Below are positions 6,976 through 15,813 of a stretch of DNA of 64,000 nt, piece after piece. The notes below the pieces were generated by a model. It was not told the origin of the DNA. It ran no database searches and saw nothing but the letters and a program-made list of their open reading frames with translations. How positions within the stretch are numbered: the first letter of the stretch is position 1; each line of letters begins with the position of its first letter. This DNA is from a virus: IMG/VR virus record IMGVR_UViG_3300025381_000009; one strand, written 5' to 3'. Position numbers and translations under genes: made by a program.

Positions 6976-7576
6976 CAATCAAGCATCAACATTCAAGAAC
7001 GTACCATCAGGACTACACCTAGCCCGTTGCTACCGAATTATTGACCTCGGTACCCAAAAGTCCGAGTTCGAGGGTAAAGCCAACTTCTCACGCAAGGTAA
7101 TGATCTGTTGGGAAATCCATGGGGATGAGAGCGTCACAACCGACAAAGGTGAGCCAATGGCTATCTTTAAGACGTATACCCTATCCCTGAACGATAAAGC
7201 CGCTCTACGGGCTGATTTACAGTCTTGGAGGGGTAGAGCCTTCACCCAAGATGAACTCAACCGCTTTGACCTCAAAAACGTCCTTGGCGCATGGTGCATG
7301 ATTAACGTCATCCAAAAGCCAGTTGGCGATAAAGTCTACTCAAACGTAGCATCTTTAGCCCCCGTCCCACAGGTAGTCAAGGGATCTGGCTTACCAGAAG
7401 GGCATAACGATCTGGTCATCTTCAATATTGCTGAGCCAGATATGAAGATATTTGATACTTTTGGTAAGAACGTAAAGTTCAAGATTGAGAGTAGCCCAGA
7501 GTGGAAGGCCAGAACAAACACGGGCTTTGAGGACATGAATAACGATTTGGAGGACGATGATGGCCCACCATTCTGA
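6953..7576 (+). CDS. Putative single-stranded DNA-binding protein
   Basis: GLHLARCYRIIDLGTQ OB-like family, acidic tail ending DDDGPPF; upstream of nuclease; homologue 59627..60262. Confidence 0.7.
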   Translation: MSLYASSNNQASTFKNVPSGLHLARCYRIIDLGTQKSEFEGKANFSRKVMICWEIHGDESVTTDKGEPMAIFKTYTLSLNDKAALRADLQSWRGRAFTQDELNRFDLKNVLGAWCMINVIQKPVGDKVYSNVASLAPVPQVVKGSGLPEGHNDLVIFNIAEPDMKIFDTFGKNVKFKIESSPEWKARTNTGFEDMNNDLEDDDGPPF

Positions 7577-7772
7577 TAAAGACGAATTCCAAGAATGGTT
7601 TGATGACGAGAACTTACCCCCTGAACTGGAAGACTTTTGTTGGAATATCTGGCAAATAGCCTTCAGGGCAGGTGGTAAGCAACCTTGGTACTCACTTAGC
7701 CGTCAGCAATGGGAAGTAATTAATAAAAAATTTAAGGAAAACAATGACAACAGTAATCGCAAGAGCAAGTGA
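7557..7772 (+). CDS. Hypothetical protein, copy A only
   Basis: 71-aa Trp-rich ORF overlapping both neighbours; absent in copy B. Confidence 0.55.
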   Translation: MMAHHSDKDEFQEWFDDENLPPELEDFCWNIWQIAFRAGGKQPWYSLSRQQWEVINKKFKENNDNSNRKSK

Positions 7773-8511
7773 GTCCCAACACTGGTACACCCAGGAAGGA
7801 ATGCCACAATACACAGTCACCGCTAAGAACGGTACACAGCGCAATACCACGTTGCGTGATGCAAGGACTATGAAGCTAGTCCCCTCGGTCAGTACGATCA
7901 TTGGTTGCGCCGCCAAGCCTGGACTGGAGGCGTGGAAACTCAACCAGATGATGCTTGCCTGTATGACCCTACCCAGGGCTTCAGATGAGTCGGAGGAATC
8001 CTACATCGAGCGGGTTAAGCATGACTCCAAGGAGCACGCCAGAAAAGCGGCAGAGCGGGGTACAGCCATTCACGGAGCCTTAGAAAGTTTCTATGAGGGC
8101 ATTATGCTTGCGGAGTTCCTAGACTACCAAATGGGTGTATCTAAGGCCGTAGAAGCTCATTTTGGGGCTTGTGAGTGGTTAACTGAGCGATCCTTTGCCT
8201 TTGAGGGATACGGTGGCAAGTGCGATATGTACACCAAGCAGGGAGATGGAATCGTTATTGACTTTAAAACCAAGGAGTTTGGTCCAAATGACAAGGTAGA
8301 AGGCTATGACGAACATCGAATGCAACTCTCAGCCTACCGCAATGGATTAGAAGTGCCTTATGCTAGGTGCGCTAACGTATTTGTGTCTGTTTCTAACCCT
8401 GGCCTAGTCAGAGTTGTGGAGTGGACGCAAGAGGAACTTGAGCAGGGTTGGCAGATGTTTGACGCTCTCAAGACATATTGGCAAATTAAAAATAACCATA
8501 AGGTGATGTAA
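7744..8511 (+). CDS. PD-(D/E)XK exonuclease-like recombination protein
   Basis: PSVSTI, RGTAIH, GGKCD...IDFKT, QLSAY; homologue 60289..61050. Confidence 0.8.
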   Translation: MTTVIARASESQHWYTQEGMPQYTVTAKNGTQRNTTLRDARTMKLVPSVSTIIGCAAKPGLEAWKLNQMMLACMTLPRASDESEESYIERVKHDSKEHARKAAERGTAIHGALESFYEGIMLAEFLDYQMGVSKAVEAHFGACEWLTERSFAFEGYGGKCDMYTKQGDGIVIDFKTKEFGPNDKVEGYDEHRMQLSAYRNGLEVPYARCANVFVSVSNPGLVRVVEWTQEELEQGWQMFDALKTYWQIKNNHKVM

Positions 8512-8790
8512 ATGAAAAAACTAATCTGGATACCAGTATTAATTGCAGGCTGTTCTAGCCAACCCCAACTACCCGCAAACATACCCTCTAATACAGCCAA
8601 CTTCCCCGCTGTATCAGTTATGTATGATTCAAAAATCCAACAAATGTCACGCAACGAAGTGATCATGGCAACCCACGAATGTGAGTCACAAGGTCTTCGT
8701 CCCGTACCAATCATCACCAAACGCTTAATCAGCGGAATGATGAGCGAGATGATTGTTGATGTGGTTTGTATGCCTAAAATTAAATATTAA
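8512..8790 (+). CDS. Predicted lipoprotein
   Basis: MKKLIWIPVLIAGC signal with lipobox-like IAGC; homologue 61054..61344 (LCGC). Confidence 0.6.
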   Translation: MKKLIWIPVLIAGCSSQPQLPANIPSNTANFPAVSVMYDSKIQQMSRNEVIMATHECESQGLRPVPIITKRLISGMMSEMIVDVVCMPKIKY

Positions 8791-8799
8791 GGAGAACGT

Positions 8800-9141
8800 A
8801 TGAAATTTAAAATAATGCTTGAAGCACAAGATATTAGAAAAATCATTGAATATTTAGAATCTTTTCCCGTAAAAGATGTTAAAGATTTACTTGACACTAT
8901 TGGTGACCAAGCCAATTCTCAACTTCACATGGCTACTCAGTTCAAAGAAGATGTTGAAAAATTCAAAGAGGAGTGGGAGTATCGTCCTGCTGAAAGACAC
9001 TTCGGACCATCACTAATGGAAATCATAAGAAAGCAAGCAGAAGCTCGTCAAGAACAAGCCCCCAAGCGTAAATATGTACGCAAAACCGCTGTTAAACGTG
9101 GCAGAACATCCAAATTATCACAACTGAAAGGTAAAAAATGA
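8800..9141 (+). CDS. Hypothetical protein with basic C-terminus
   Basis: AGGAG RBS; C-terminus KRGRTSKLSQLKGKK shared with 61354..61668. Confidence 0.7.
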   Translation: MKFKIMLEAQDIRKIIEYLESFPVKDVKDLLDTIGDQANSQLHMATQFKEDVEKFKEEWEYRPAERHFGPSLMEIIRKQAEARQEQAPKRKYVRKTAVKRGRTSKLSQLKGKK

Positions 9142-9377
9142 GCAATCCATATTTAACTAAAGAAGAGATCAAGAGCGCATATTTGTCATGCGAATTTGAT
9201 AGCAAAGATGGTCTTTACGCAGGTGAGGACGTTGAGATCTACGAGTTGGCTGATGCCATCATTAAGAGCGCCGCATTTGCCATTGCTCGTACTGAGCGTG
9301 AGTTCTGCATCGAGTTCGTAGAGTCTCTCAACCCAGAAGTAGCCAAAGCTTTACGTGAGAAAAGGGGCAACCTTTGA
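9138..9377 (+). CDS. Hypothetical protein
   Basis: Homologue 61665..61910 (NPY.TKE.I ... TER..CI.FV.SLN.EVA). Confidence 0.75.
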   Translation: MSNPYLTKEEIKSAYLSCEFDSKDGLYAGEDVEIYELADAIIKSAAFAIARTEREFCIEFVESLNPEVAKALREKRGNL

Positions 9378-9619
9378 TCGTCTCAAATGATCGCTATACG
9401 TGCGAGGACTTTGTTGAGGAACTCTTTGGAGATGGTTGGGATGAGAAGGACTTACCTTCTATGCTCACCATCCTCAAGGAATGGGAGATTAACTCTAAGC
9501 GCTACTGCGTCATCCGAGACTACGCCATAGAGCTAAAGCTTGGATTTGAGGTCAGACACCGTGAAGACTTCAAGTTCATTGACGATATGGTGGACGCTAA
9601 GATGCATTCTGAGGAATAA
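9374..9619 (+). CDS. Hypothetical protein, copy A only
   Basis: 81 aa, TTG start coupled to upstream stop. Confidence 0.6.
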   Translation: MIVSNDRYTCEDFVEELFGDGWDEKDLPSMLTILKEWEINSKRYCVIRDYAIELKLGFEVRHREDFKFIDDMVDAKMHSEE

Positions 9620-9735
9620 AAAACCCCCCTAGACTTTTGATCCAGGGGGGAAAACTACTTGAGTCTTGGCAACTGCAAGTACATAGGAGGAGACGTCCTA
9701 TGTTTTTTTAAGGGGGACATAACCCCCTTTTTTTT
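9618..9735. terminator. Convergent terminators enclosing a conserved multi-hairpin element
   Basis: Hairpins CCCCCT..AGGGGG (U-tract on minus), ACTTG..CAAGT, ACATAGGA..TCCTATGT, AGGGGG..CCCCCT (U-tract on plus); conserved at 61911-62026. Confidence 0.7.
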
Positions 9736-11449
9736 ATGGTTGGCTACCTTGATTGGCTCCAATCCTAGATAGCGCACCAGTAACTACGGGTTCAAGCTTC
9801 CTGACCACATTTGGACGTTCTGTAGCAATCTTTGTCATAGCCTTCATTGCAGGCTCGTTGTACATCAATGCAGATCCAATAAGTGGTGCAAACCCTGTTT
9901 TAAAGTGTCCTGCGCCCTCTGCCAGTCCTTTGAGGGATAGCATCGCCGCAAGCCTATCCGCTGTACCGCTATTTGGCACAGAGGTTCCTAAAACATCCGA
10001 AGCCGCCTGGCTCTCAGGCATCATCATGCCCTGACCCTTGGCTACGTTTTTCTTGCCTGCAACCTGTTGGACAGCAGATTTGAACTGATCGGGCGTAAAT
10101 ACACCTTCATCAGCGCCCCTACGGGAAGCCGCAACCTCCAGTGGTTGGAACTCTCTAAACGCCTTGTGAGCTTGTTCTAGCTGTTTGGCTACCAAAGGGT
10201 TCTGGTCTTTTAATTCCTGCCGTAAACCCGATAAAACAGTTCTGTAGGCGTTTCCTAAGCCGTCCATACCCTGACTGTAGAAGTCATTGGATTTATTGCT
10301 CAAATACTTCTCAACCTCTCTATATTGATCCCCGCTCATAACCTTTTCATTCTGAATGTGGCCTGTGACATTCGTGGCTATATCGTTAGCCATCATCTTT
10401 TGTTGACCAGGTACGAGCTTAGCCATAGCTGAATCAGCAAGATTGCTCAAATGCTCGGAGGTTCTTTGACCTAATACGGGATGAATTGCATCCGAGAATG
10501 AGGCGTTTTGCAAGAATCCATCATAAGCATCACTGATCTTTTTACCAATAGTCTCAATCATCTTGTTGCCAACTGGAGCATCTTTGGTAAGCTTTAAGCC
10601 CAAATTAGATAGAACTTTATTGCCCACAGCCTTGTTAAAGTCCTCAAAAGAATTCTGAATTCCTTTACCAATCACAGATCCTGCAATCGGTAGACTGGTG
10701 AGCTTTTTCTCAAAGTTTTGTATTCCCTCTCCAATCATTGGGAAATTACTAGCCAATTGACCAGGCGTGAACTTGGTCATACCCATGTCTTTGAGTTGCT
10801 GAAGTCGAGCAGATACTTGAGGATTGGTCAGCATTTGACCTACCTTACCACCTGCAACGCCTAGGGCTGTAGACTCACCCAAATCAGCGATCTTCTCGCC
10901 AAGGATATCCATGTAGCTCTTGTTGGCTGTATCTGTAACTTGACCACCTAAGCCTTGAATAGCTGAAGGAATAGCGTATTTGAGTGCAGGTGACTTAGCA
11001 ATTGCATTGGCAACCTGTGGAATCTTTGTGCCTAAAGTCTCGGGAATAGCCAAAGATGGTGCTATCTCACCCACCGTTTCCGCCGCAGATGCAGGATTAA
11101 CGCCGAGAGTTGTTGGCACACTGCTCTTGGCATAGTTTGCGTTCTTCTCAAGCGCTTCCATTGGGCTTCGTATGTTTGCCCACTCAAGTGCCCCCGCAAG
11201 CGGTTTTAAGACGCCTTGCAGGCCTGATAAGCCCGATAGGATACCTGTGCTAACCCCAGAGGTCGGATAGAACTTATGGCCTGATTCTTCCTTGAACCGT
11301 GGGAAGTCATCCATCTTGACCTTTGGAGTTTCAGGCTCTTCGGTCTTGGTTTGCATAGATTTTAAATAAGCATCAGGATCAAACCCATCCTTTGGTGCGC
11401 TTTTGGGTTGGATACTGGCAAGATATGCATCAGGATTAAATTCAGCCAT
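9734..11449 (-). CDS. Putative DNA ejection (internal virion) protein
   Basis: 571 aa, last late gene, PNSGTADRL motif, helical A/G-rich; homologue 62025..63740. Confidence 0.65.
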   Translation of the reverse strand: MAEFNPDAYLASIQPKSAPKDGFDPDAYLKSMQTKTEEPETPKVKMDDFPRFKEESGHKFYPTSGVSTGILSGLSGLQGVLKPLAGALEWANIRSPMEALEKNANYAKSSVPTTLGVNPASAAETVGEIAPSLAIPETLGTKIPQVANAIAKSPALKYAIPSAIQGLGGQVTDTANKSYMDILGEKIADLGESTALGVAGGKVGQMLTNPQVSARLQQLKDMGMTKFTPGQLASNFPMIGEGIQNFEKKLTSLPIAGSVIGKGIQNSFEDFNKAVGNKVLSNLGLKLTKDAPVGNKMIETIGKKISDAYDGFLQNASFSDAIHPVLGQRTSEHLSNLADSAMAKLVPGQQKMMANDIATNVTGHIQNEKVMSGDQYREVEKYLSNKSNDFYSQGMDGLGNAYRTVLSGLRQELKDQNPLVAKQLEQAHKAFREFQPLEVAASRRGADEGVFTPDQFKSAVQQVAGKKNVAKGQGMMMPESQAASDVLGTSVPNSGTADRLAAMLSLKGLAEGAGHFKTGFAPLIGSALMYNEPAMKAMTKIATERPNVVRKLEPVVTGALSRIGANQGSQP

Positions 11450-12906
11450 TATTTCACTCCATTAGCTTGAAGGATAGCTTTTGATCTTGGATCGTTTGGA
11501 TTGGCTTTTGCCCAATCAACAGCTTGAGAATGTATATCAGCCTGACTTGCTTGTGGCCTTGGTGCTTGAATAGGAGCGTACTGCTTATTAGCCCTGTCTC
11601 TAGCCTGGTTCATTGATTTAACAATCGTATCTAAAGTTCTATCAAAAGCTTCTTTAGACATTGATGGATCAAGAGATCCATAAAGATTCATAATCTTTTT
11701 GCCCTCGGCATCAGACAACGAACCCATACCCCTCATGTTTTGGATGGCAGATGAGAACACGCTAGACTTTAGCCCTTCCATATCTTTTATAAAGTCATGC
11801 TGAGCAGAAGGAAAGATTTGTCTTGGATCATATGATGCCATTCCATTCATTCGACCAGGATGGTTTCTTATTGTGTTAACAGCATCAAGTGTATTTTGGG
11901 CAGTATCGTTTGCAAGAGATCTCTTGGCCTCAAGTTCTTTATTTTTAGCATCAATTGCTTGTTGCTCTTTGTTTTCAGCATCAGTCCTTCGCCACTGATT
12001 TTGATCTTTAGATTCTTGAATACGAGACTGGGTAAGAGCATTGGTTAATGCATGAGTTGCATTAGCTTGTGCAAGAGCCGCCGTCCTATCCAAATGAGAA
12101 GAGCTTGTGGTTAATAACTGTTCTGCCAATTTATTTGCATCTTCATCTTTAATAAGCCCTGCTTTATAACGATCAGCAAATAAAATAGCTTGTTCTTTAA
12201 ATGGACCATCCAAAGTGAGAGCCAACGCATCAAAAGGCGTACCCTCAGCACCCGTAGTAGGCAATAACCCCATTCTACGAAGATCTGAAGCGCCTTTGGC
12301 TGTTTCCATAAGCTCTTTAGGATCAAGACTATATAGCTGAGCAGATGCCTGCTTATTAAAGCCTGTTGTTCCGTCAGGATTCTTAAATAAATTGTCTCTG
12401 GCTGTTTGTATTTGATTCTTGCGTGTCTCTTCAGGAATCATTGACAAATACTTTTGATCCCCAGTTACAGCGCCTAAACGCTGTGCAATTTGAGGATTAA
12501 ATACGCTCTTCTCTAATCCGTTTTCATCTTTAATTGTTGTATAAAGCTGTGGCAATAAGGCCTTAACATCAGCATCTTTTTGAGCGGATATTCTGCTTTG
12601 CAATAAACCAAGTCTGGCTTGAGCCATTGGTATTTTATTTTTATCTTGCTCAGCTTGGTACTCGCCCATAGCGCCTGCGGCGTTACCCAAGGACTCACCA
12701 AAAGATCCAGATTTAGTTGGGGCTAAAAACCCCGCCGCAATCTTAAACCAAGGAGTTCCGCTACCCTTTTGAGCCAACAGTTCATCAAGATCAGACATTT
12801 GCTTGTTAAGCATAACCTGTTCTTTGGACTGACCACCAACACTTGATAGTGGAGCAGTAATATCAGAATTGTCTGATGCGCTAGATAAAGGTGTTTCTAA
12901 TGCCAT
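11449..12906 (-). CDS. DNA ejection protein, P22 gp20-like C-terminus
   Basis: GMGSLSDAEGKKI...SMSKEAF motif; Q/A-rich coiled coils; position. Confidence 0.65.
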   Translation of the reverse strand: MALETPLSSASDNSDITAPLSSVGGQSKEQVMLNKQMSDLDELLAQKGSGTPWFKIAAGFLAPTKSGSFGESLGNAAGAMGEYQAEQDKNKIPMAQARLGLLQSRISAQKDADVKALLPQLYTTIKDENGLEKSVFNPQIAQRLGAVTGDQKYLSMIPEETRKNQIQTARDNLFKNPDGTTGFNKQASAQLYSLDPKELMETAKGASDLRRMGLLPTTGAEGTPFDALALTLDGPFKEQAILFADRYKAGLIKDEDANKLAEQLLTTSSSHLDRTAALAQANATHALTNALTQSRIQESKDQNQWRRTDAENKEQQAIDAKNKELEAKRSLANDTAQNTLDAVNTIRNHPGRMNGMASYDPRQIFPSAQHDFIKDMEGLKSSVFSSAIQNMRGMGSLSDAEGKKIMNLYGSLDPSMSKEAFDRTLDTIVKSMNQARDRANKQYAPIQAPRPQASQADIHSQAVDWAKANPNDPRSKAILQANGVK

Positions 12907-12923
12907 TATTTATTCCTTAATTA

Positions 12924-14036
12924 TTAGCAAGATGGAATTGGATTACCATTTGCATCAGTCAACACTCCAGGATCTTGACTAACAGTTGTATTCAATCCAC
13001 TTGATGTGTAAACTGGATTTCCATTTGCATCAGTTAAAACTTGAGCGGTTCCTGCACCAGTAGAAGGAGTTGAAGAAAAGAAGTTTGAAAGAGAAGCGAT
13101 ACCGCATTTGCCCAAAACACCTTGTGCAAGAGATCCAAGACCTGCAACCTGTGAAAGAGGTGAAGATGCATATGCACCAGGAATTGGTGCAGTCTTGATA
13201 CAGCTTGTTGCTGTAGGCATTGTGAACCCTCTGAGAACGCAAGATTCCGCTTTTGCAACAGATAATGGATACAAAGCTTTATTTTGAGCAATTGTGTATT
13301 GACACTGACCAAGTTTTGCAAGATTAGATGTGCAAGCAATACCAAGGTTAGATTGAACATTCGCCAAGCAACCAAGCAATTTACCTGCATTGAGTTGGTT
13401 AGCTGTCTGAGCCTTGGCTGTACAAATAGCTTGTGTATAGCCTGTTTTAAGCGCACACGCTTGTTGTCCTGTAATACCTAGGTCAGCGTTAGCCAGTACC
13501 TGTCCAAGCGCTCCTGCACCCCTTTGTGAGCCAAATTGACCGCTTCCTACAATACCTGCTGTTGCTTGAGGTGCTAGGTTCTGAGCAATATTAGCTTGAC
13601 CCAAGTTACCAATAGCATTAACTACGCACTTGGTATAAGGGTTCATGTAGTTCTGAGCCATCTGGGATATGCAAGAACCTGCAACTCCCGCCGCTGTCCC
13701 TGTTGCGGCGTTCAGCGTGGGCTGATAATTACCTGCATTTTGAGATGCTTGGCAAAATGCCTGTGTCTGCAACCCTTGCGCTTGTATCGGGCCTGCCGTA
13801 GTTGCACTAGCTCCCCCTGACTGTGATTGTTTGGCAAGGTTGTTGAGGTAGCACATATAAAACGCAGGAGCGGTTGTTGCCGTCTTTTGCGTAGTAGTGA
13901 TAGGCGCTAAAGCACCACCCTGTAAAACAGAACCAGATGTCGCTCCACTAGCCTGTCCTAAGCACGCAGGTGCAGGATTTAAATTGGACGCTGTGGTCGC
14001 CGTAGGTGTTGCAGTATTTACTGATGAGAGTGCCAT
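12924..14036 (-). CDS. DNA transfer/pilot protein (gp7-like), Cys-rich variant
   Basis: YMNPY and GQFGSQRG motifs, A/Q/G/T-rich; 14 Cys, only 4 Asp + 1 Glu. Confidence 0.6.
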   Translation of the reverse strand: MALSSVNTATPTATTASNLNPAPACLGQASGATSGSVLQGGALAPITTTQKTATTAPAFYMCYLNNLAKQSQSGGASATTAGPIQAQGLQTQAFCQASQNAGNYQPTLNAATGTAAGVAGSCISQMAQNYMNPYTKCVVNAIGNLGQANIAQNLAPQATAGIVGSGQFGSQRGAGALGQVLANADLGITGQQACALKTGYTQAICTAKAQTANQLNAGKLLGCLANVQSNLGIACTSNLAKLGQCQYTIAQNKALYPLSVAKAESCVLRGFTMPTATSCIKTAPIPGAYASSPLSQVAGLGSLAQGVLGKCGIASLSNFFSSTPSTGAGTAQVLTDANGNPVYTSSGLNTTVSQDPGVLTDANGNPIPSC

Positions 14037-15349
14037 TATTTACCTTCCATGTATGACAAAGGACTCTTAGCCTTTGGTGGGATTTTATTTATAGATGCTG
14101 ATCTTTTGTGTTCACGAATAGCCTCACGCATCTCGTCAAGCTTCTTAGCCCCTTCTTTATTTGATCCACCACCTAAAGCGGTAACCAAAGATGCAGGGAA
14201 TACGAACTCGCCATCAGCAATCATCGCATTAATGTGTCCACCCTCGGAGTGATTCTCATAGTGCTTATGTGGGAATTGGTTCATAAAGTGGTGCAAAGAC
14301 TCAGCCCCTGCCTTGTTAGAACCGTCTCCAAGAGCGGCGACAATGTCGGCATCCATAACGTAGTCCCCATCCTTTAAAACCGCAGGGATGTCGTCTGATT
14401 GGCCTGTACCACGCCCTTGGGCATAGTGTCCAGTAATGCCAGTCACAAATTCAGGTTTATGTGTGTGCGCCAATCCACCCTCCTTAAATCCAGTTGTTCT
14501 TTGCATATAAGGGAATACACCCCCGCTAGGCATAGCAGATCCAGTAATTAGATTAGGAGTTGTTGTCGCTCCTAAAATTTCTGAACTTGGGTTATAAAGC
14601 TGATTTTGCTGTGCAGGCGTAAGACCTGTCGTTGCAAGTGGCGATAAAAATGTTCCCGAACCACTTGATGTACCCGTAAATAAACCCGTTGGAGTCAAGG
14701 GAGAGCTTGGAGCGCTACTGTAATTATTGGTAACCGATTGAGTTGGAGTAGTAGGATTTGCAGAATAAGACTTTGAATTCAAGGGTGTTGATGTTGGAGC
14801 CAACATCTGTTTTACCCCTTGATTAATCCCTTGTTGAACTAACTTTTGTTGTAATCCACTTGGTAATCCAGAAGATGCAGATCCAGGCACAGTTGCATCA
14901 GCACCTGTTGATGTTGTGTACTGACACAAAGCACCATTAAGCGTGTTTGCAGGAGTTGTTGGAGTTAAAGCATTACCAGAAGTTAAATTAGTTGTAGTTG
15001 CTTGAGGAGCGGTATAAGGGCTTCCATCAGCATTAACTGGTTGCTGAGTAATGGAGTCTTGAAAACCAGTGGGCGAGTTAGCGCTTGCCTCAAGAGCATT
15101 TCCTTCAGAAGTTACGGTTGATGTTGCGCCAGTAGGAACTGAGTCTGTGGCTGAGCTAACAACTTGTGTTGCGCCATCAACAGCCGCCGCACTTCCTACG
15201 GCTTCACCAGTACCGAAAGTACCAACTGTCGCCGCATCTGTGCCAAGTCCTGCTCCTGCATCAATTAGCGTGGGACCAACTACATCTGTAGCCGCCACCG
15301 CCGCAGGCGCACTATCAGCCACTGCCCCCAATAACGCATCAAAGCCCAT
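14036..15349 (-). CDS. Internal virion protein with duplicated C-terminal GTGxSDxIPAxL.DG(D/E)(Y/F)V module
   Basis: Low-complexity T/S/P/A N-terminus; FKEGG then GRGTGQSDDIPAVLKDGDYVMDAD; second copy HINAMIADGEFVFPA after HSEGG. Confidence 0.6.
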   Translation of the reverse strand: MGFDALLGAVADSAPAAVAATDVVGPTLIDAGAGLGTDAATVGTFGTGEAVGSAAAVDGATQVVSSATDSVPTGATSTVTSEGNALEASANSPTGFQDSITQQPVNADGSPYTAPQATTTNLTSGNALTPTTPANTLNGALCQYTTSTGADATVPGSASSGLPSGLQQKLVQQGINQGVKQMLAPTSTPLNSKSYSANPTTPTQSVTNNYSSAPSSPLTPTGLFTGTSSGSGTFLSPLATTGLTPAQQNQLYNPSSEILGATTTPNLITGSAMPSGGVFPYMQRTTGFKEGGLAHTHKPEFVTGITGHYAQGRGTGQSDDIPAVLKDGDYVMDADIVAALGDGSNKAGAESLHHFMNQFPHKHYENHSEGGHINAMIADGEFVFPASLVTALGGGSNKEGAKKLDEMREAIREHKRSASINKIPPKAKSPLSYMEGK

Positions 15350-15352
15350 AAC

Positions 15353-15805
15353 TTACTCCATAATTATCGAATACGTCTTCTCAAAATACTTTGCACCCAT
15401 TCTTTCTAAGATAGGTCCGTAGTCCAAAAATGGTTTAACGTGAAATAAGATCCTCATTGGATTCCTCTTCTTTATCTCTTCCGTTGTCCACCTCAAAAAC
15501 TGAATCCCTGTAAACCCCTTCCTGTAATCAGGATGAATGTACAAAACATCCGAACTGGCTGTAATACTATCTTTATAGTGCAGGTGTGAGAAAACAAACC
15601 ACACCGAATATCCAACCAGTTTCCCATCATCTCTTACACCGTGCACCTCAATCATGTCTTGCTCGTGCATACTTGCGTACTTTTCAGTGTTCGGATTAAA
15701 TTTAATTACATCTTGTCGTTCTGCGATTTCTTTGTAATGTAATTTGAATAAATCCTGCGCCTCATAAAAAAAAGAACGTCCCTCCTCTTTTTTAAACTCA
15801 ATCAT
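15353..15805 (-). CDS. GNAT-family acetyltransferase-like protein
   Basis: RDDGKLVGY, DVLYIHPDYRKGFTG, ILERMG; position before the ejection genes as in P22-like podophages. Confidence 0.75.
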   Translation of the reverse strand: MIEFKKEEGRSFFYEAQDLFKLHYKEIAERQDVIKFNPNTEKYASMHEQDMIEVHGVRDDGKLVGYSVWFVFSHLHYKDSITASSDVLYIHPDYRKGFTGIQFLRWTTEEIKKRNPMRILFHVKPFLDYGPILERMGAKYFEKTYSIIME

Positions 15806-15813
15806 TGTGTCTC

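Noticed and set aside
9682-9712. Leader peptide from the AGGAGG...ATG inside the third hairpin
   Set aside because: It gives MFF-stop in copy A and a 16-aa frame in copy B; the frame is not conserved.
12924-14036. Alternative genetic code as the explanation for the Cys excess
   Set aside because: Capsid, portal, terminase and helicase genes translate with normal conserved motifs and normal stops under the standard code.
15760-15800. Slippery A/T runs in the GNAT gene and at the initiator start as programmed frameshifts
   Set aside because: No extended alternative frame or stimulatory structure was evident, and such runs are expected at this AT content.
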